Counted from the first letter of the stretch, positions 20,364 to 30,412 are shown. The stretch: DNA of 64,000 nt from Bdellovibrionota bacterium (GCA_044347345.1 JBIKUX010000002.1:64001-128000); one strand, 5' to 3'. The notes: generated by a model from the letters alone, not told the origin. Numbers and translations are program-made.

Positions 20364-21485
20364 CTAAAGATTGTTTACGAGATTTAGCAATTCATCTGAT
20401 GATAATGTATCAACACCTTTTTCCTTTATAATACGATGAAGCTTGGCAATATTAACATTTTTATCACAACCTAGTTCCTTAAGTTTCTCTTGAAGACCAA
20501 CAATTCCGCTTAAACGACTGATTGAAACCTCAAGCCGACGACCGCACAACTCAGGATTAAAAGTGCTCTCAGGAATTTTTCTTAAAAGTTCATGATGAAT
20601 ACCCGTCTCCATATGGAAACAAGTATCTCCAACTAAAGGCTGATTAGTTCCATACTTAAAACCACTAGCTTTTTGAACTGCCTGAGCAAGACAGTAGATA
20701 TTTTCGAATGCTATCTTATTATCAAAAGGAGCTTTATTCTTACGAATAAAATTGGCAAAAGCTACAACTTGCTCAATCGCTGTATTACCACCTCCGTCTC
20801 CTAAATTACCGACAGTGACCTCTGCTTGATTGGCTCCAGCATCAAGTGCTGCAATTGTATTTGCTAAACCCAGACCAATCTGATTATGACAATGAATACT
20901 TAACTCTGCCTCAAACGGTAACTCACTACGAATTATCCTCACAAGCTCAGTAATCCTTACAGGCTCTAGTGTGCTTTGCGTATCTGCAATTGATATCTGA
21001 GTAGCACCAGAATTAGCCGCTAAAACGGCAAGCTCTACGAGAAACATAGGATCACGATTTCCGGCATAAGTGAGATAAAATTGCACCTCTGGAAATAATC
21101 CTCTCCCATAATCAATTGCTTCTCGCGCTCGCTGAAGCACAAGCTGGCGAGCTTTAGCTCTATCTGTCAAATCAACAAACAGCTCATGAGCGTTAGTAAA
21201 TGTAGAAAGCCTACTTCTATGTATATGGTCTTCCAATGCCTCGCGAGCCTGATCTATATCAACCTTTATATCTCGAGCAAACACTGCAAGCTTAACATCT
21301 TGGGTAAAATGCCCAATCTCCTGAACACTTTTAAAATCTCTCTTTGATGCTATCGGAAACCCAGCTTCAATTACATCAACACCTAACTTCTCAAGACATT
21401 GAGCTAAGTAAATTTTATCTTCAAGCGAAAACGAGACATTTGCTCCCCCTTCACCGTCTCTCAAAGTTGTATCAAAGATTTTCAT
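20364..21485 (-). CDS. LeuA/homocitrate synthase-like DRE-TIM enzyme without regulatory domain
   Basis: KIFDTTLRDGE, GVDVIEAGFP, IADT, SIHCHN; 373 aa; several signature substitutions. Confidence 0.85.
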   Translation of the reverse strand: MKIFDTTLRDGEGGANVSFSLEDKIYLAQCLEKLGVDVIEAGFPIASKRDFKSVQEIGHFTQDVKLAVFARDIKVDIDQAREALEDHIHRSRLSTFTNAHELFVDLTDRAKARQLVLQRAREAIDYGRGLFPEVQFYLTYAGNRDPMFLVELAVLAANSGATQISIADTQSTLEPVRITELVRIIRSELPFEAELSIHCHNQIGLGLANTIAALDAGANQAEVTVGNLGDGGGNTAIEQVVAFANFIRKNKAPFDNKIAFENIYCLAQAVQKASGFKYGTNQPLVGDTCFHMETGIHHELLRKIPESTFNPELCGRRLEVSISRLSGIVGLQEKLKELGCDKNVNIAKLHRIIKEKGVDTLSSDELLNLVNNL

Positions 21486-21624
21486 AAAATAAATCTAAAT
21501 CACATCTTACATGAAACTATGGACTTAAAATTTTTGGAATAAAATAAAAATTTATACTCCTTTACTCTTCTATGTTATTTAATTCTGGCCTTTGAAATAT
21601 TGCTCCATCTTTATCAATAACTGT

Positions 21625-22332
21625 ATGACTGATCCCTTAATTGTTCTTATATCTGGATCACGTAAAGGAATTGGACGATACCTAACAGAACACTACCTTG
21701 AGAAAGGAGCTACGGTTATAGGTTGCAGTCGCTCTCCTTCTGATCTAAATCACAGTGAATACACCCATTTTTGCTTAGATATAGCAAATCAAACATCTGT
21801 TAGTGATATGGCAGCTGCTATCCTAACAAAGTACAAAAAATTAGATGTACTCATCAATAACGCCGCGATTGGTTCTTATAATCATTCTTTATTGACTCCA
21901 GTATCAACGGTGCACAAAATTCTTGCCACTAATCTCGTTGGCACCATTATATTGGCTCGTGAAGCAGTGAAACTTATGAGACGACACTCTTCAAGGAGAA
22001 GAATTGTTAATTTCTCGAGCGTAGCAGTACCTCTAAATATCGAGGGCGAAGCTATTTATGCTGCCTCAAAATCTGCCGTAGAATCATTCACCAAGATCTT
22101 TGCCCGTGAAGTTGCTGAATTTTCTATCACTGTAAATACTATTGGTCCCACTCCCATTAAGACCGACCTATTAAAAAATATTCCACAATCAAAACTCGAT
22201 CTTTTAATCCAAAGACAGGCTATTAAGCGCTGGGGTGAGATGCGAGATATCTCGCATACTATTGATTTCTTAATCGATAAAAATAGTGATTTTATCACTG
22301 GTCAGACCATTTATCTCGGCGGGGTAAACTAA
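21625..22332 (+). CDS. FabG-like short-chain dehydrogenase/reductase
   Basis: SGSRKGIG, INNAA, FSS, YAASK; ATG 21625 preferred over TTG 21592. Confidence 0.92.
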   Translation: MTDPLIVLISGSRKGIGRYLTEHYLEKGATVIGCSRSPSDLNHSEYTHFCLDIANQTSVSDMAAAILTKYKKLDVLINNAAIGSYNHSLLTPVSTVHKILATNLVGTIILAREAVKLMRRHSSRRRIVNFSSVAVPLNIEGEAIYAASKSAVESFTKIFAREVAEFSITVNTIGPTPIKTDLLKNIPQSKLDLLIQRQAIKRWGEMRDISHTIDFLIDKNSDFITGQTIYLGGVN

Positions 22333-22360
22333 CATAGATAGTAAAAATTTGAGTAAATAA

Positions 22361-23743
22361 ATGAGAACTGAAAATGTTCTTTTGCAAACTTTACACAAAC
22401 GTAAGTCTGATTGCTTAATAATTTGGCGAGATGAAGAAATATCTAGTTCCAACATCCTTGCTCTTATCGAATCATACAAACATTTTCTTATCGATCAAGG
22501 AATAATCGCCGGCAGCGTTGTCGGGTTACGAAGTGATTTTTCACCTGCTGCCATCGCTCTTTTAATTATACTTATCGAGATAAAAGCAATTATCGTTTTA
22601 TTACCTAGTGACGACAAATTTATAAATTCTAATATTACCTTAAACAACCTCACCGAAATTGCGGTAATTGAGCATCTTGTAGAGCTATCTCCTGAGCAGA
22701 AACTTTCTTATGTTCGATTAAAACCTAAAAGTTATCCAAATCATTATAAGTCTCTACGGCAAGCTGATGCTTCAGGTCTGGTTTTATTTTCATCAGGATC
22801 CACCGGTAAGCCGAAGGTAATTGTTCACAATTTCGAGCTACTACTACAGAAATTTAAAGATTATCGAAAACAATTAAGAACAGTAGCTTTTCTTTTTTTT
22901 GACCATATAGGAGGCATTAATACACTATGTGCTACTATTAGTGCTAACGGATGTCTTATTATACCTGAAGAACGTTCACCAGACCGAGTGTTTAGCACAA
23001 TAGAGAACCATTGCGGAGAACTTTTACCAACTTCACCAAGTTTTCTTCGCCTGAGTCTAGCGAGCGAAGTACACCGTCGTTATGAATTAAAATATCTCAA
23101 AAGAATTACCTATGGCACTGAATCAATGCCACAGTCACTACTTAACCGATTAAATGAAGTATTCCCACAAGTGCAATTTTCACAAACTTACGGATTGTCT
23201 GAAATCGGTATTATGCGTGCTAAATCGTTAGAGTCATCATCCCTTTGGGTCAAATTAGGGGGAGAGGGTACCCAAACTCGAGTGATTAATGGCGAGCTAC
23301 AAATCAAAGCTCCCTCTGCAATGATCGGTTATCTAAATGCTCCTGATCCTTTTTTAAAAGATGGCTGGCTCAATACTACTGACAGAGTCGAAGTAAACGG
23401 AGAATATATAAAATTTCTGGGACGATCCTCTGACATAATCAACGTAGGTGGAGAAAAGGTTTATCCCCAAGAAATCGAGAGCCTACTCCTTACCTTCCCA
23501 AATGTTACTGATGTAGTTGTTTATGGGAAAAAAAATCCTGTGGTTGGAGAGATAGTGTGTGCAAAAATACAGATGACTACACCTAATGACAAACGACTGC
23601 AAATTAAGCAAATGCAGCAGTTTTGCCGACAGCATCTATCTCCCTATAAAATACCGAGAATAATTGAAATCATTGATACAGATTTATCCTACAATGCGCG
23701 AGGAAAAAAGGAGCGAAGCTCTTTAAAAGACTCCATCAAATAA
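22361..23743 (+). CDS. AMP-binding (ANL) acyl-CoA/acyl-ACP ligase
   Basis: FSSGSTGKPK, QTYGLSE, GRSSDIINVGGEKVYPQEIE, YKIPR. Confidence 0.92.
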   Translation: MRTENVLLQTLHKRKSDCLIIWRDEEISSSNILALIESYKHFLIDQGIIAGSVVGLRSDFSPAAIALLIILIEIKAIIVLLPSDDKFINSNITLNNLTEIAVIEHLVELSPEQKLSYVRLKPKSYPNHYKSLRQADASGLVLFSSGSTGKPKVIVHNFELLLQKFKDYRKQLRTVAFLFFDHIGGINTLCATISANGCLIIPEERSPDRVFSTIENHCGELLPTSPSFLRLSLASEVHRRYELKYLKRITYGTESMPQSLLNRLNEVFPQVQFSQTYGLSEIGIMRAKSLESSSLWVKLGGEGTQTRVINGELQIKAPSAMIGYLNAPDPFLKDGWLNTTDRVEVNGEYIKFLGRSSDIINVGGEKVYPQEIESLLLTFPNVTDVVVYGKKNPVVGEIVCAKIQMTTPNDKRLQIKQMQQFCRQHLSPYKIPRIIEIIDTDLSYNARGKKERSSLKDSIK

Positions 23744-23762
23744 AGTTAGTTTTAATGATTAG

Positions 23763-24098
23763 TTACGTTATAAAAAGTTCCCTATCAAGAACTTGAGCTA
23801 AGTCTGCCGAAGACGGCTGCTTGTAAGAACCATTTTGTATTTTTGCCTTAATAATCTCTTTTTTCTGACTTTTATCTACTAAACTACTACCATCGGTATC
23901 TTTAGCTTGTGAAGACAACCTTTCTTCATCTCTTAATTTCTCTGCCGTAGCGCTCAAAGAAGGAGCAATAGCTACAGCATCATCAGATACAATAGAATTT
24001 TTTTTATCTAAAACTACCTTAGTTTCACTAGCTCGGCGCCCTGACTCAACAGTAGAATAACCAAAAAGTTGAGACAGAGACCGAATCTTGATTGACAT
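23763..24098 (-). CDS. flgM: FlgM-like anti-sigma28 factor
   Basis: SDDAVAIA and C-terminal KKEIIKAKIQNGSYK...LAQVL match the FlgM pattern; size and disorder fit. Confidence 0.7.
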   Translation of the reverse strand: MSIKIRSLSQLFGYSTVESGRRASETKVVLDKKNSIVSDDAVAIAPSLSATAEKLRDEERLSSQAKDTDGSSLVDKSQKKEIIKAKIQNGSYKQPSSADLAQVLDRELFIT

Positions 24099-24170
24099 GT
24101 TTTTGATTATTATTCCAAAAATCCTAAACTTAAGGGGGAAAGGCTAAGAACTTTTCCTAATCCGACACAG

Positions 24171-24198
24171 GGGTCGGTAAAAAGCAATATTTTCTTTA
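24171..24198 (-). promoter_or_regulatory. Candidate sigma28 promoter for flgM
   Basis: TAAAGAAA-N12-ACCGACCC on the minus strand. Confidence 0.4.
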
Positions 24199-24224
24199 GC
24201 ATTAAATTTAAAAAATATCTTACC

Positions 24225-24662
24225 GTGAAAATAATAACTTTTGGGTCAATTAAAGAACAAAATCTAAGAGCACTTGAAGCCGATTACCTGAAGAGACTGA
24301 AAGGAGCGTGGCCTGTAGTTGTAACTGAATTAAAATGTGAGTCCAATCCGAGAAAAGAAGCGGAATCTTTACTTTCCTTTTTGCCGAATCGAGCTTTTTT
24401 GGTCGCTCTGGATGAAAAAGGTCAACAATTTACCTCCTCTCTGTTTACTCAATTTCTTGCCGAAAGGCTTAATGACAGCCAAAAACCTCTTTACTTTGCA
24501 ATAGGTGGAGCTTTTGGATGGGACGAAACCGTTCGAATCCGTGGAGATCTTATCTTGGCACTTTCGCAACTGACCTTTCCTCATCAACTCGCTCGTCTTA
24601 TCCTAATTGAGCAGATTTACCGAGCTTATACGATAATAAGAGGCATGCCCTACCATAAATAA
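24225..24662 (+). CDS. rlmH: 23S rRNA pseudouridine(1915) methyltransferase
   Basis: VALDEKG, FAIGGAFG, LSQLTFPHQLARLILIEQIYRA, GMPYHK. Confidence 0.95.
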   Translation: MKIITFGSIKEQNLRALEADYLKRLKGAWPVVVTELKCESNPRKEAESLLSFLPNRAFLVALDEKGQQFTSSLFTQFLAERLNDSQKPLYFAIGGAFGWDETVRIRGDLILALSQLTFPHQLARLILIEQIYRAYTIIRGMPYHK

Positions 24663-24700
24663 TTGATATATTAAAATTTTGTAATTTTTTGAGTTATTAA

Positions 24701-25186
24701 ATGGGAAAGATTAAAAAATTTGCTTCACCACCTGTTACAAAAATTACTGGCGGTAAAGATCCATTACGTATGGTCGAAGAATTTATTCTTAGGCTAGGTT
24801 TTGACCCTGAAAAATGTGAGAAAGAGCGTACAACTGAGCTTCTTCGGTGGATGATAGATGTAGGTGGTGGTAGAGAACTAGAAATTCTACTTGAAGGCCT
24901 CCGCCATCCAAACGAAACTACCATCTATCTAGGACTTGATGTAGTGACAGTTCCTCTAAGAGGTGCAGGAGATATTCTTACTACTGCACTCGAAATAGCT
25001 GACGGACTAATTGGAATTAAAGTAAGTTTAGTCGGCCATGCTCTGGTTCTGAGTGCTAGCCTTGCAGCCAGCGGCATTACATCTGAAGATATTGATTACT
25101 ACTACCAGTTAATTATTGCTCAGCAAGATTGGTTTAGAAATGCTTTGTGTGACGAACTCGGGTTAGATGAATTACCTTTAGATTAG
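24701..25186 (+). CDS. Acidic protein, possible YbjN/CesT-like chaperone fold
   Basis: Helix-strands-helix-strands-helix pattern, acidic, 161 aa; fold is inference. Confidence 0.45.
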   Translation: MGKIKKFASPPVTKITGGKDPLRMVEEFILRLGFDPEKCEKERTTELLRWMIDVGGGRELEILLEGLRHPNETTIYLGLDVVTVPLRGAGDILTTALEIADGLIGIKVSLVGHALVLSASLAASGITSEDIDYYYQLIIAQQDWFRNALCDELGLDELPLD

Positions 25187-25191
25187 TAGCT

Positions 25192-26076
25192 TTAGGTATT
25201 ATACGGAAGTATATACGCAGCCCCTGCGATTGCTATTTCATGGGATAATAAAGACAAGTTAGGATCGTTTTCAAAATTAGAACCTACCGCAGGTCTGGTA
25301 AATTTAGCAGCAACAGCCGTAGGTAGTTCATTAATCTTACTTTGCAAAGCTTGCTGTTTAGGTGTTCGAAAATAAATATTCTCTTCCCCAGGTTTTTTTT
25401 CTTTTTGATTTAAATTTAGTTCTAACTGAGTGCTTAATGATCGGAGGGTATTTAGATCCTCAACGTTTAAACTACAAGAAACATGGTTAGGGTGAGGAGG
25501 CGGTATATCTTGAGAACTTTTTGTAGATTTTTTTTGATACTGTTCTAAAGAGGTAGTTATAGGTACGAACTGCTGATTTTGAGGAGGTTTATCTGATTTT
25601 TTTGAGCTAGAATCCGGCTTCTTACAGAAGCTGGCATGAAGTCTTTTAATAACATCAGGAATTCGACCTTCATTAGCATTTAAAAGCGCCTCTATCAGCT
25701 CTTGCCTGAGCTGATTTGGATCCTGTATCCCTTCAGGGATTAATCCATAAATTTCCGCATTTTTAGTAAACAATTTAAAGCGCGGATCTTCTCTTAACTT
25801 ATCAAACTCCTCAGGAGTTAGATCTTTTAAAAGTTGCGCTAAATCATAAGCCGCTTTTTTATAGATCTTCCAACCGAATTGAGCACGATCAGCAGAAGTA
25901 TCAGTTCTAGTTACATACGGTAATCCTGAAGGATTATCTTCTCTTAATTGCTCCAGAATACGGCGAATTTCACAAAGGTTAGGGTTTAAATAATTTGGAT
26001 CTACAGAAGCTTGCGGTAAATTATTATTATCTCCAAGCAATTTTCTTTCTATATCTGTTTGAAGATTGAGGTTCAT
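25192..26076 (-). CDS. Hypothetical protein with low-complexity S/K/P/Q region
   Basis: 294-aa ORF, no recognised motif. Confidence 0.7.
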   Translation of the reverse strand: MNLNLQTDIERKLLGDNNNLPQASVDPNYLNPNLCEIRRILEQLREDNPSGLPYVTRTDTSADRAQFGWKIYKKAAYDLAQLLKDLTPEEFDKLREDPRFKLFTKNAEIYGLIPEGIQDPNQLRQELIEALLNANEGRIPDVIKRLHASFCKKPDSSSKKSDKPPQNQQFVPITTSLEQYQKKSTKSSQDIPPPHPNHVSCSLNVEDLNTLRSLSTQLELNLNQKEKKPGEENIYFRTPKQQALQSKINELPTAVAAKFTRPAVGSNFENDPNLSLLSHEIAIAGAAYILPYNT

Positions 26077-26180
26077 ATACCTAAATTTAGACCCGCTAAA
26101 TAAAAGCTAAAGGTCATATCGGCATAAAAACATGTAAAATAAAAAAAATTATACGGCTGTATAAATTTTTTTATTAATTA

Positions 26181-28520
26181 TTACTGAATCACGGCTAGTC
26201 TAGCATGCTGATAAGCTAATCTCTTAGTCTCACCAGTACGATCAAATACTACAGTAATCTTGAGGCTAGTAACCTCCTCAACTCCTTCAGTTTCTAAAAC
26301 TGTACCATCACCAAAAATTGGATGTCTCACTCTAACACCCTCACGTAGGGCAGTTGCATCAGCTACCGGAAGAATTGGCATTGATGCCAAATTAGCCTTT
26401 AACCCGCTCTTTGAGTCTTTCATCCTAAGGTCATCAGCAGAACGAATAATCGGAATATCCGCCGAGTAACTTCCTCCTACCCTTCTACTCCTCAGGCTAA
26501 ATGTGTCATTACGAAATGATTTACCTCTGGAGTAACTTGGTATTTGCTCTCTTACATCTTCACTATTAGACGAATACTTCTCATCGTTTATATCGCCGTA
26601 GGAGGTAGGATCTAACTCAATACAATGAGATGGTATATCCTGCAAAAAACGGCTCTCCATCCTACAATCTGGGCCATTTCGCGATGCTCGCCAACATGCC
26701 CTTGTTAAGTATAAAGACTCCATAGCTCGGGTTATTCCAACATAACAAAGCCTACGCTCCTCAGCTAACTCATCATCTTTATCGAAGGTACGAACATGTG
26801 GTAACAGACCATCTTCTAATCCGGAAAAAAAGACTACGGGAAATTCTAAACCTTTGGCGAGATGAAGCGTCATAAGTGATACAGAACCATTTGTCGAAAC
26901 ATTTTGCACTTCATCACTACCAGATAGGGAAATACGATCTAAGAACCGGTAAAGAAGCTCTTGAGGCGTTCGCCCTGAATCCTCTAGCTCCACAGTTCGA
27001 GCTAGTGCTGCTAACTCTTCTAAATTTTCAAGACGCCCCTCTTCACCTTCCTGTTTTAAACGTTCAGCGTATCCCGTTTGCTCAACTATAAGGCCTATCA
27101 ATGCTGCAGGTTCACATTTCCTTGAACTTGCTATCAAAGAGTCAATTTGCTCAATAAATGAAGCTACCTTGGCGTTCTGTTTTGCAAGCAATCTGGCACC
27201 ATCAAGGAACGTCCCACTACCTCTTAATTTATCTATTGATTCAATTGTTTTTGCTCCTATTCCACGAGGTGGATTACCAATAACCCGAAGAAATGCCTCA
27301 GTATCAGAATGGTTCACTATAAGGCGAAGATATCCTAAAATATCACGAACTTCTTTACGGTCATAAAATCTTAAGCCTCCAAATATCTGATAGGCGATTC
27401 CCATCGCTATTAAAGCTTCCTCCAAAGCTCTAGATTGGGCGTTGGTGCGGTAAAATATTGCGATATCACGCAAAGATCGACTCTTACAGATTCGTTTTAT
27501 TTCAGCCGCAATATAAGCAGCTTCATCACCTTCATCGCGTGCAATATACAATTTAATCGGATGTCCCTTGGGCCCATCAGTCCACAGCTTCTTTTTTGTA
27601 CGATTAACATTTTTTTCAACGACGGAATGAGCTGATTCTAATATAATAGCGGTTGACCGATAATTTTGTTCTAAAGCAACAACAGGCGCTTCTGGAAAAT
27701 CTTTTTTAAAACGAAACATATTTTTAACCGTAGCACCACGAAATGCATAAATGGCTTGGTCATCATCACCTACCACCATTATATTTCGTTTAGAGCCGGA
27801 TAATTGCGTGACTATTTCATACTGGATTGGATTAGTATCTTGAAACTCATCGACAAGAATATGCTCAAGTGAATCTTGCAGAAACTCGCGTACATGATGA
27901 TGGTTAAAAAGGAGTAACTTAGTGTTAAGCAAAAGATCGCTAAAATCCATTGCAACAGCTTCTCTGAGACATTCTGCGTATCGCCTGTTTACCTTCTCAA
28001 ATAGTTCATGTAACTGAGATTGTTTAATAAAAGGAAGCTTATAGTTATCTGGATCATTCTTTAGGCCATCAATAGCTGCCAGAAACATTCTCGGAGAATA
28101 TCTCTGAACATCAACTTGAAGTTCTTTTAAAATCCGCCTAACCAGTTGCTCAACATCAGAGGCATCATAAATAACAAAATCCTTACGATACCCAAGAAGG
28201 GTTGCATATCTTCGCAATAAACGAAGGCCGAGAGAATGAAAGGTACATACCCAAAGTCGCTCACTTGGCTCACCTAAAATACTTTTTAACCGAGACCTCA
28301 TCTCTCCAGCAGCTTTATTTGTAAAGGTAACAGCAAGAATTTTTTCTGGTGCTATAAGCCGCTTTGATACTAGGTAAGCGATTCTACGGGTTAAAACACG
28401 AGTTTTGCCGCTTCCAGCTCCCGCAACCACCATTAGTGGCCCGCAGCCATGCTCGACTGCTGTCTGCTGAGGCAAATTGAGTCCACTGAGAAGGTCGGTA
28501 TTGATTAGTTGAGATTGCAT
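26181..28520 (-). CDS. uvrD: UvrD/PcrA ATP-dependent DNA helicase
   Basis: AGAGSGKT, VTFTNKAA, VDEFQD, VGDDDQAIY, QNYRS, HLAKGLEF, YVGITRA, C-terminal VRHPIFGDG; ATG 28520 (track TTG 28535). Confidence 0.95.
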   Translation of the reverse strand: MQSQLINTDLLSGLNLPQQTAVEHGCGPLMVVAGAGSGKTRVLTRRIAYLVSKRLIAPEKILAVTFTNKAAGEMRSRLKSILGEPSERLWVCTFHSLGLRLLRRYATLLGYRKDFVIYDASDVEQLVRRILKELQVDVQRYSPRMFLAAIDGLKNDPDNYKLPFIKQSQLHELFEKVNRRYAECLREAVAMDFSDLLLNTKLLLFNHHHVREFLQDSLEHILVDEFQDTNPIQYEIVTQLSGSKRNIMVVGDDDQAIYAFRGATVKNMFRFKKDFPEAPVVALEQNYRSTAIILESAHSVVEKNVNRTKKKLWTDGPKGHPIKLYIARDEGDEAAYIAAEIKRICKSRSLRDIAIFYRTNAQSRALEEALIAMGIAYQIFGGLRFYDRKEVRDILGYLRLIVNHSDTEAFLRVIGNPPRGIGAKTIESIDKLRGSGTFLDGARLLAKQNAKVASFIEQIDSLIASSRKCEPAALIGLIVEQTGYAERLKQEGEEGRLENLEELAALARTVELEDSGRTPQELLYRFLDRISLSGSDEVQNVSTNGSVSLMTLHLAKGLEFPVVFFSGLEDGLLPHVRTFDKDDELAEERRLCYVGITRAMESLYLTRACWRASRNGPDCRMESRFLQDIPSHCIELDPTSYGDINDEKYSSNSEDVREQIPSYSRGKSFRNDTFSLRSRRVGGSYSADIPIIRSADDLRMKDSKSGLKANLASMPILPVADATALREGVRVRHPIFGDGTVLETEGVEEVTSLKITVVFDRTGETKRLAYQHARLAVIQ

Positions 28521-28871
28521 ACAGAGCGCAGACAAGCGAAATATGATGTTTTGTCGGTGGGAAGCTACTCTTCCTAGCCATATCAGGTCAACTCCCGAAC
28601 TTATACTATATAATGTTAACTAGCTAAACCTAACCCTAGTGACTTTTTTTTAACTGGGTAGCAATTACACTCGAATCCATCTTATTTAACAAAATCGTAA
28701 GAATAATCCCCACACTGCCTACAAAACCACCAAGAAGAACTAACTGAAAAAAAAGTATAATAAGATCAGACATTTTTACCTTTTGAAGCTTAGATTAAAT
28801 AATAATTTTTTCTATTATATTTCTACTATAGAATCATAATTCTAACAGAATGTCCACTATTTTTCCCCTAA

Positions 28872-28903
28872 CTTTCCACAAGTTATCCACAATTGTGGAT
28901 AAC
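28872..28903. promoter_or_regulatory. DnaA-box cluster
   Basis: TTATCCACA (28883-28891) and inverted TGTGGATAA (28894-28902), both perfect; CTTTCCACA (28872-28880) near match. Confidence 0.75.
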
Positions 28904-28955
28904 AATGATTGAGTATGAAAATTATATTAAGCGATGTACGATAATCTAAAAACCG

Positions 28956-29576
28956 ATGGCTAAGCCCTACAAACGTCAAGATTATCTCTACGAGCGAGCT
29001 AAAGAAGATCAATACAGGTCTCGAGCCGCATATAAGCTTTTAGAACTTGATCGCCGCTACCGACTTTTAAAGCGTGGAGCCTGCGTACTTGATTTAGGTG
29101 CTTGGCCTGGAAGCTGGATACAAGTAGCTTCAGAAAAAATCGGAACAGATGGCTTAATAGTAGGTATCGACCTTACCAAAATTGATCCTCTAGATGAAAA
29201 TGATAAGAACCGATCTTCAATAACTTTATTGCAACGGGATATTACTAGCCCTGACCTAATCACAGAACTTACGGAACTAATCACTCAACCCATAGATTTA
29301 ATATTGTGCGACATATCTCCTAAGCTCAGTGGCATAAAGGAGGTTGATCGAGCGCGCATGGAGGAATGCGCTAAAGCTGTTGAGTCAATCACTCATAATT
29401 TACTTACTCCAAGGGGAAATTTCGTCATTAAGCTATTCCAGAGCCCTGAAGGCGACCGATTTGCGCGAAGCCAAGCTCCCTACTTTGATAAGATAATTCG
29501 AGCAGAGCTAGATTCTACTCGTAAATCATCAACGGAGTGGTACTTTGTTGGACTAAAGTTTAAAACAAATAAATGA
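28956..29576 (+). CDS. rlmE: 23S rRNA Um2552 methyltransferase RlmE/FtsJ
   Basis: YRSRAAYKLLE, VLDLGAWPGSW, CDISP, FVIKLFQ, STRKSSTEWY. Confidence 0.93.
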   Translation: MAKPYKRQDYLYERAKEDQYRSRAAYKLLELDRRYRLLKRGACVLDLGAWPGSWIQVASEKIGTDGLIVGIDLTKIDPLDENDKNRSSITLLQRDITSPDLITELTELITQPIDLILCDISPKLSGIKEVDRARMEECAKAVESITHNLLTPRGNFVIKLFQSPEGDRFARSQAPYFDKIIRAELDSTRKSSTEWYFVGLKFKTNK

Positions 29577-30412
29577 GCGAGCTGGCAGATAACAAAATGA
29601 CACACAACGTCCAAACACAACTAAATCCGGTAATGTTTATAGAGCGATTTGGCAAATGGATATTAGTTTCTTTAGAAGCCTGGGGACAATTCTGGATTTT
29701 TTTGTCCCAAACTCTTCTTGCAACGTTAACTCCACCGTTTCGACCATTTCTTTTTCTTACTCAGCTCTACCATGTAGGCGCACTCTCGGCTCTTGTTATT
29801 GCTCTTATTGGTCTTTTTACAGGCGCTGTGCTCGCTGTACAGGCTGAGTATACACTCGCCAAATTCGGTGCAACTGCCTTTACAGGCTCAGCAATAGCAC
29901 TGAGCCTAATTAGAGAGCTTGGGCCAGTTCTTACCGCATTAATGGTTGTTGGTCGTGCAGGGTCAGCTATGACCGCAGAACTTGGTATCATGAAAATTAC
30001 GGAGCAAGTTGATGCACTTCGTTCCATGGCGGTCGACCCATTACGATACTTAATGGCTCCGAGGCTAGTGGCTAGCACAATAGCTGTGCCGCTTCTAACT
30101 GCTCTTTTTATTGTAGTTGGTATATTCGGAGGCTATCTTGTAGCGATTGGTCTTTTAGACCTCAATCCTGGTACTTTCTGGAGTCAAATGAAGACTGCTG
30201 TTACTGCCGTTGACGTTTACGGCGGACTCATTAAGGCCACGGTATTTGGATTTATCATCGGCTGGGTATGTACATTTAAAGGGTATACTTGTGGCTTCGG
30301 AGCACTAGGAGTAAACCGAGCAACGACAAAAGCTGTCGTAAACGCCTCTGTGGCAGTACTTGTGCTAGATTATTTTTTAACTAGCATACTAACTCGCCTA
30401 CTTCTTGAGTAA
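29573..30412 (+). CDS. mlaE: MlaE permease
   Basis: RELGPVLTALMVVGRAGSAMTAELG, EQVDAL, PRL; ATGA overlap with rlmE. Confidence 0.95.
   Translation: MSELADNKMTHNVQTQLNPVMFIERFGKWILVSLEAWGQFWIFLSQTLLATLTPPFRPFLFLTQLYHVGALSALVIALIGLFTGAVLAVQAEYTLAKFGATAFTGSAIALSLIRELGPVLTALMVVGRAGSAMTAELGIMKITEQVDALRSMAVDPLRYLMAPRLVASTIAVPLLTALFIVVGIFGGYLVAIGLLDLNPGTFWSQMKTAVTAVDVYGGLIKATVFGFIIGWVCTFKGYTCGFGALGVNRATTKAVVNASVAVLVLDYFLTSILTRLLLE

Noticed and set aside
20364..21485. Calling this gene leuA
   Set aside because: Signature substitutions, no regulatory domain, no leuBCD context
19144..24100. tRNA-integrated island carrying the ACP module
   Set aside because: No integrase and no duplicated tRNA 3' end seen; core tadA intervenes
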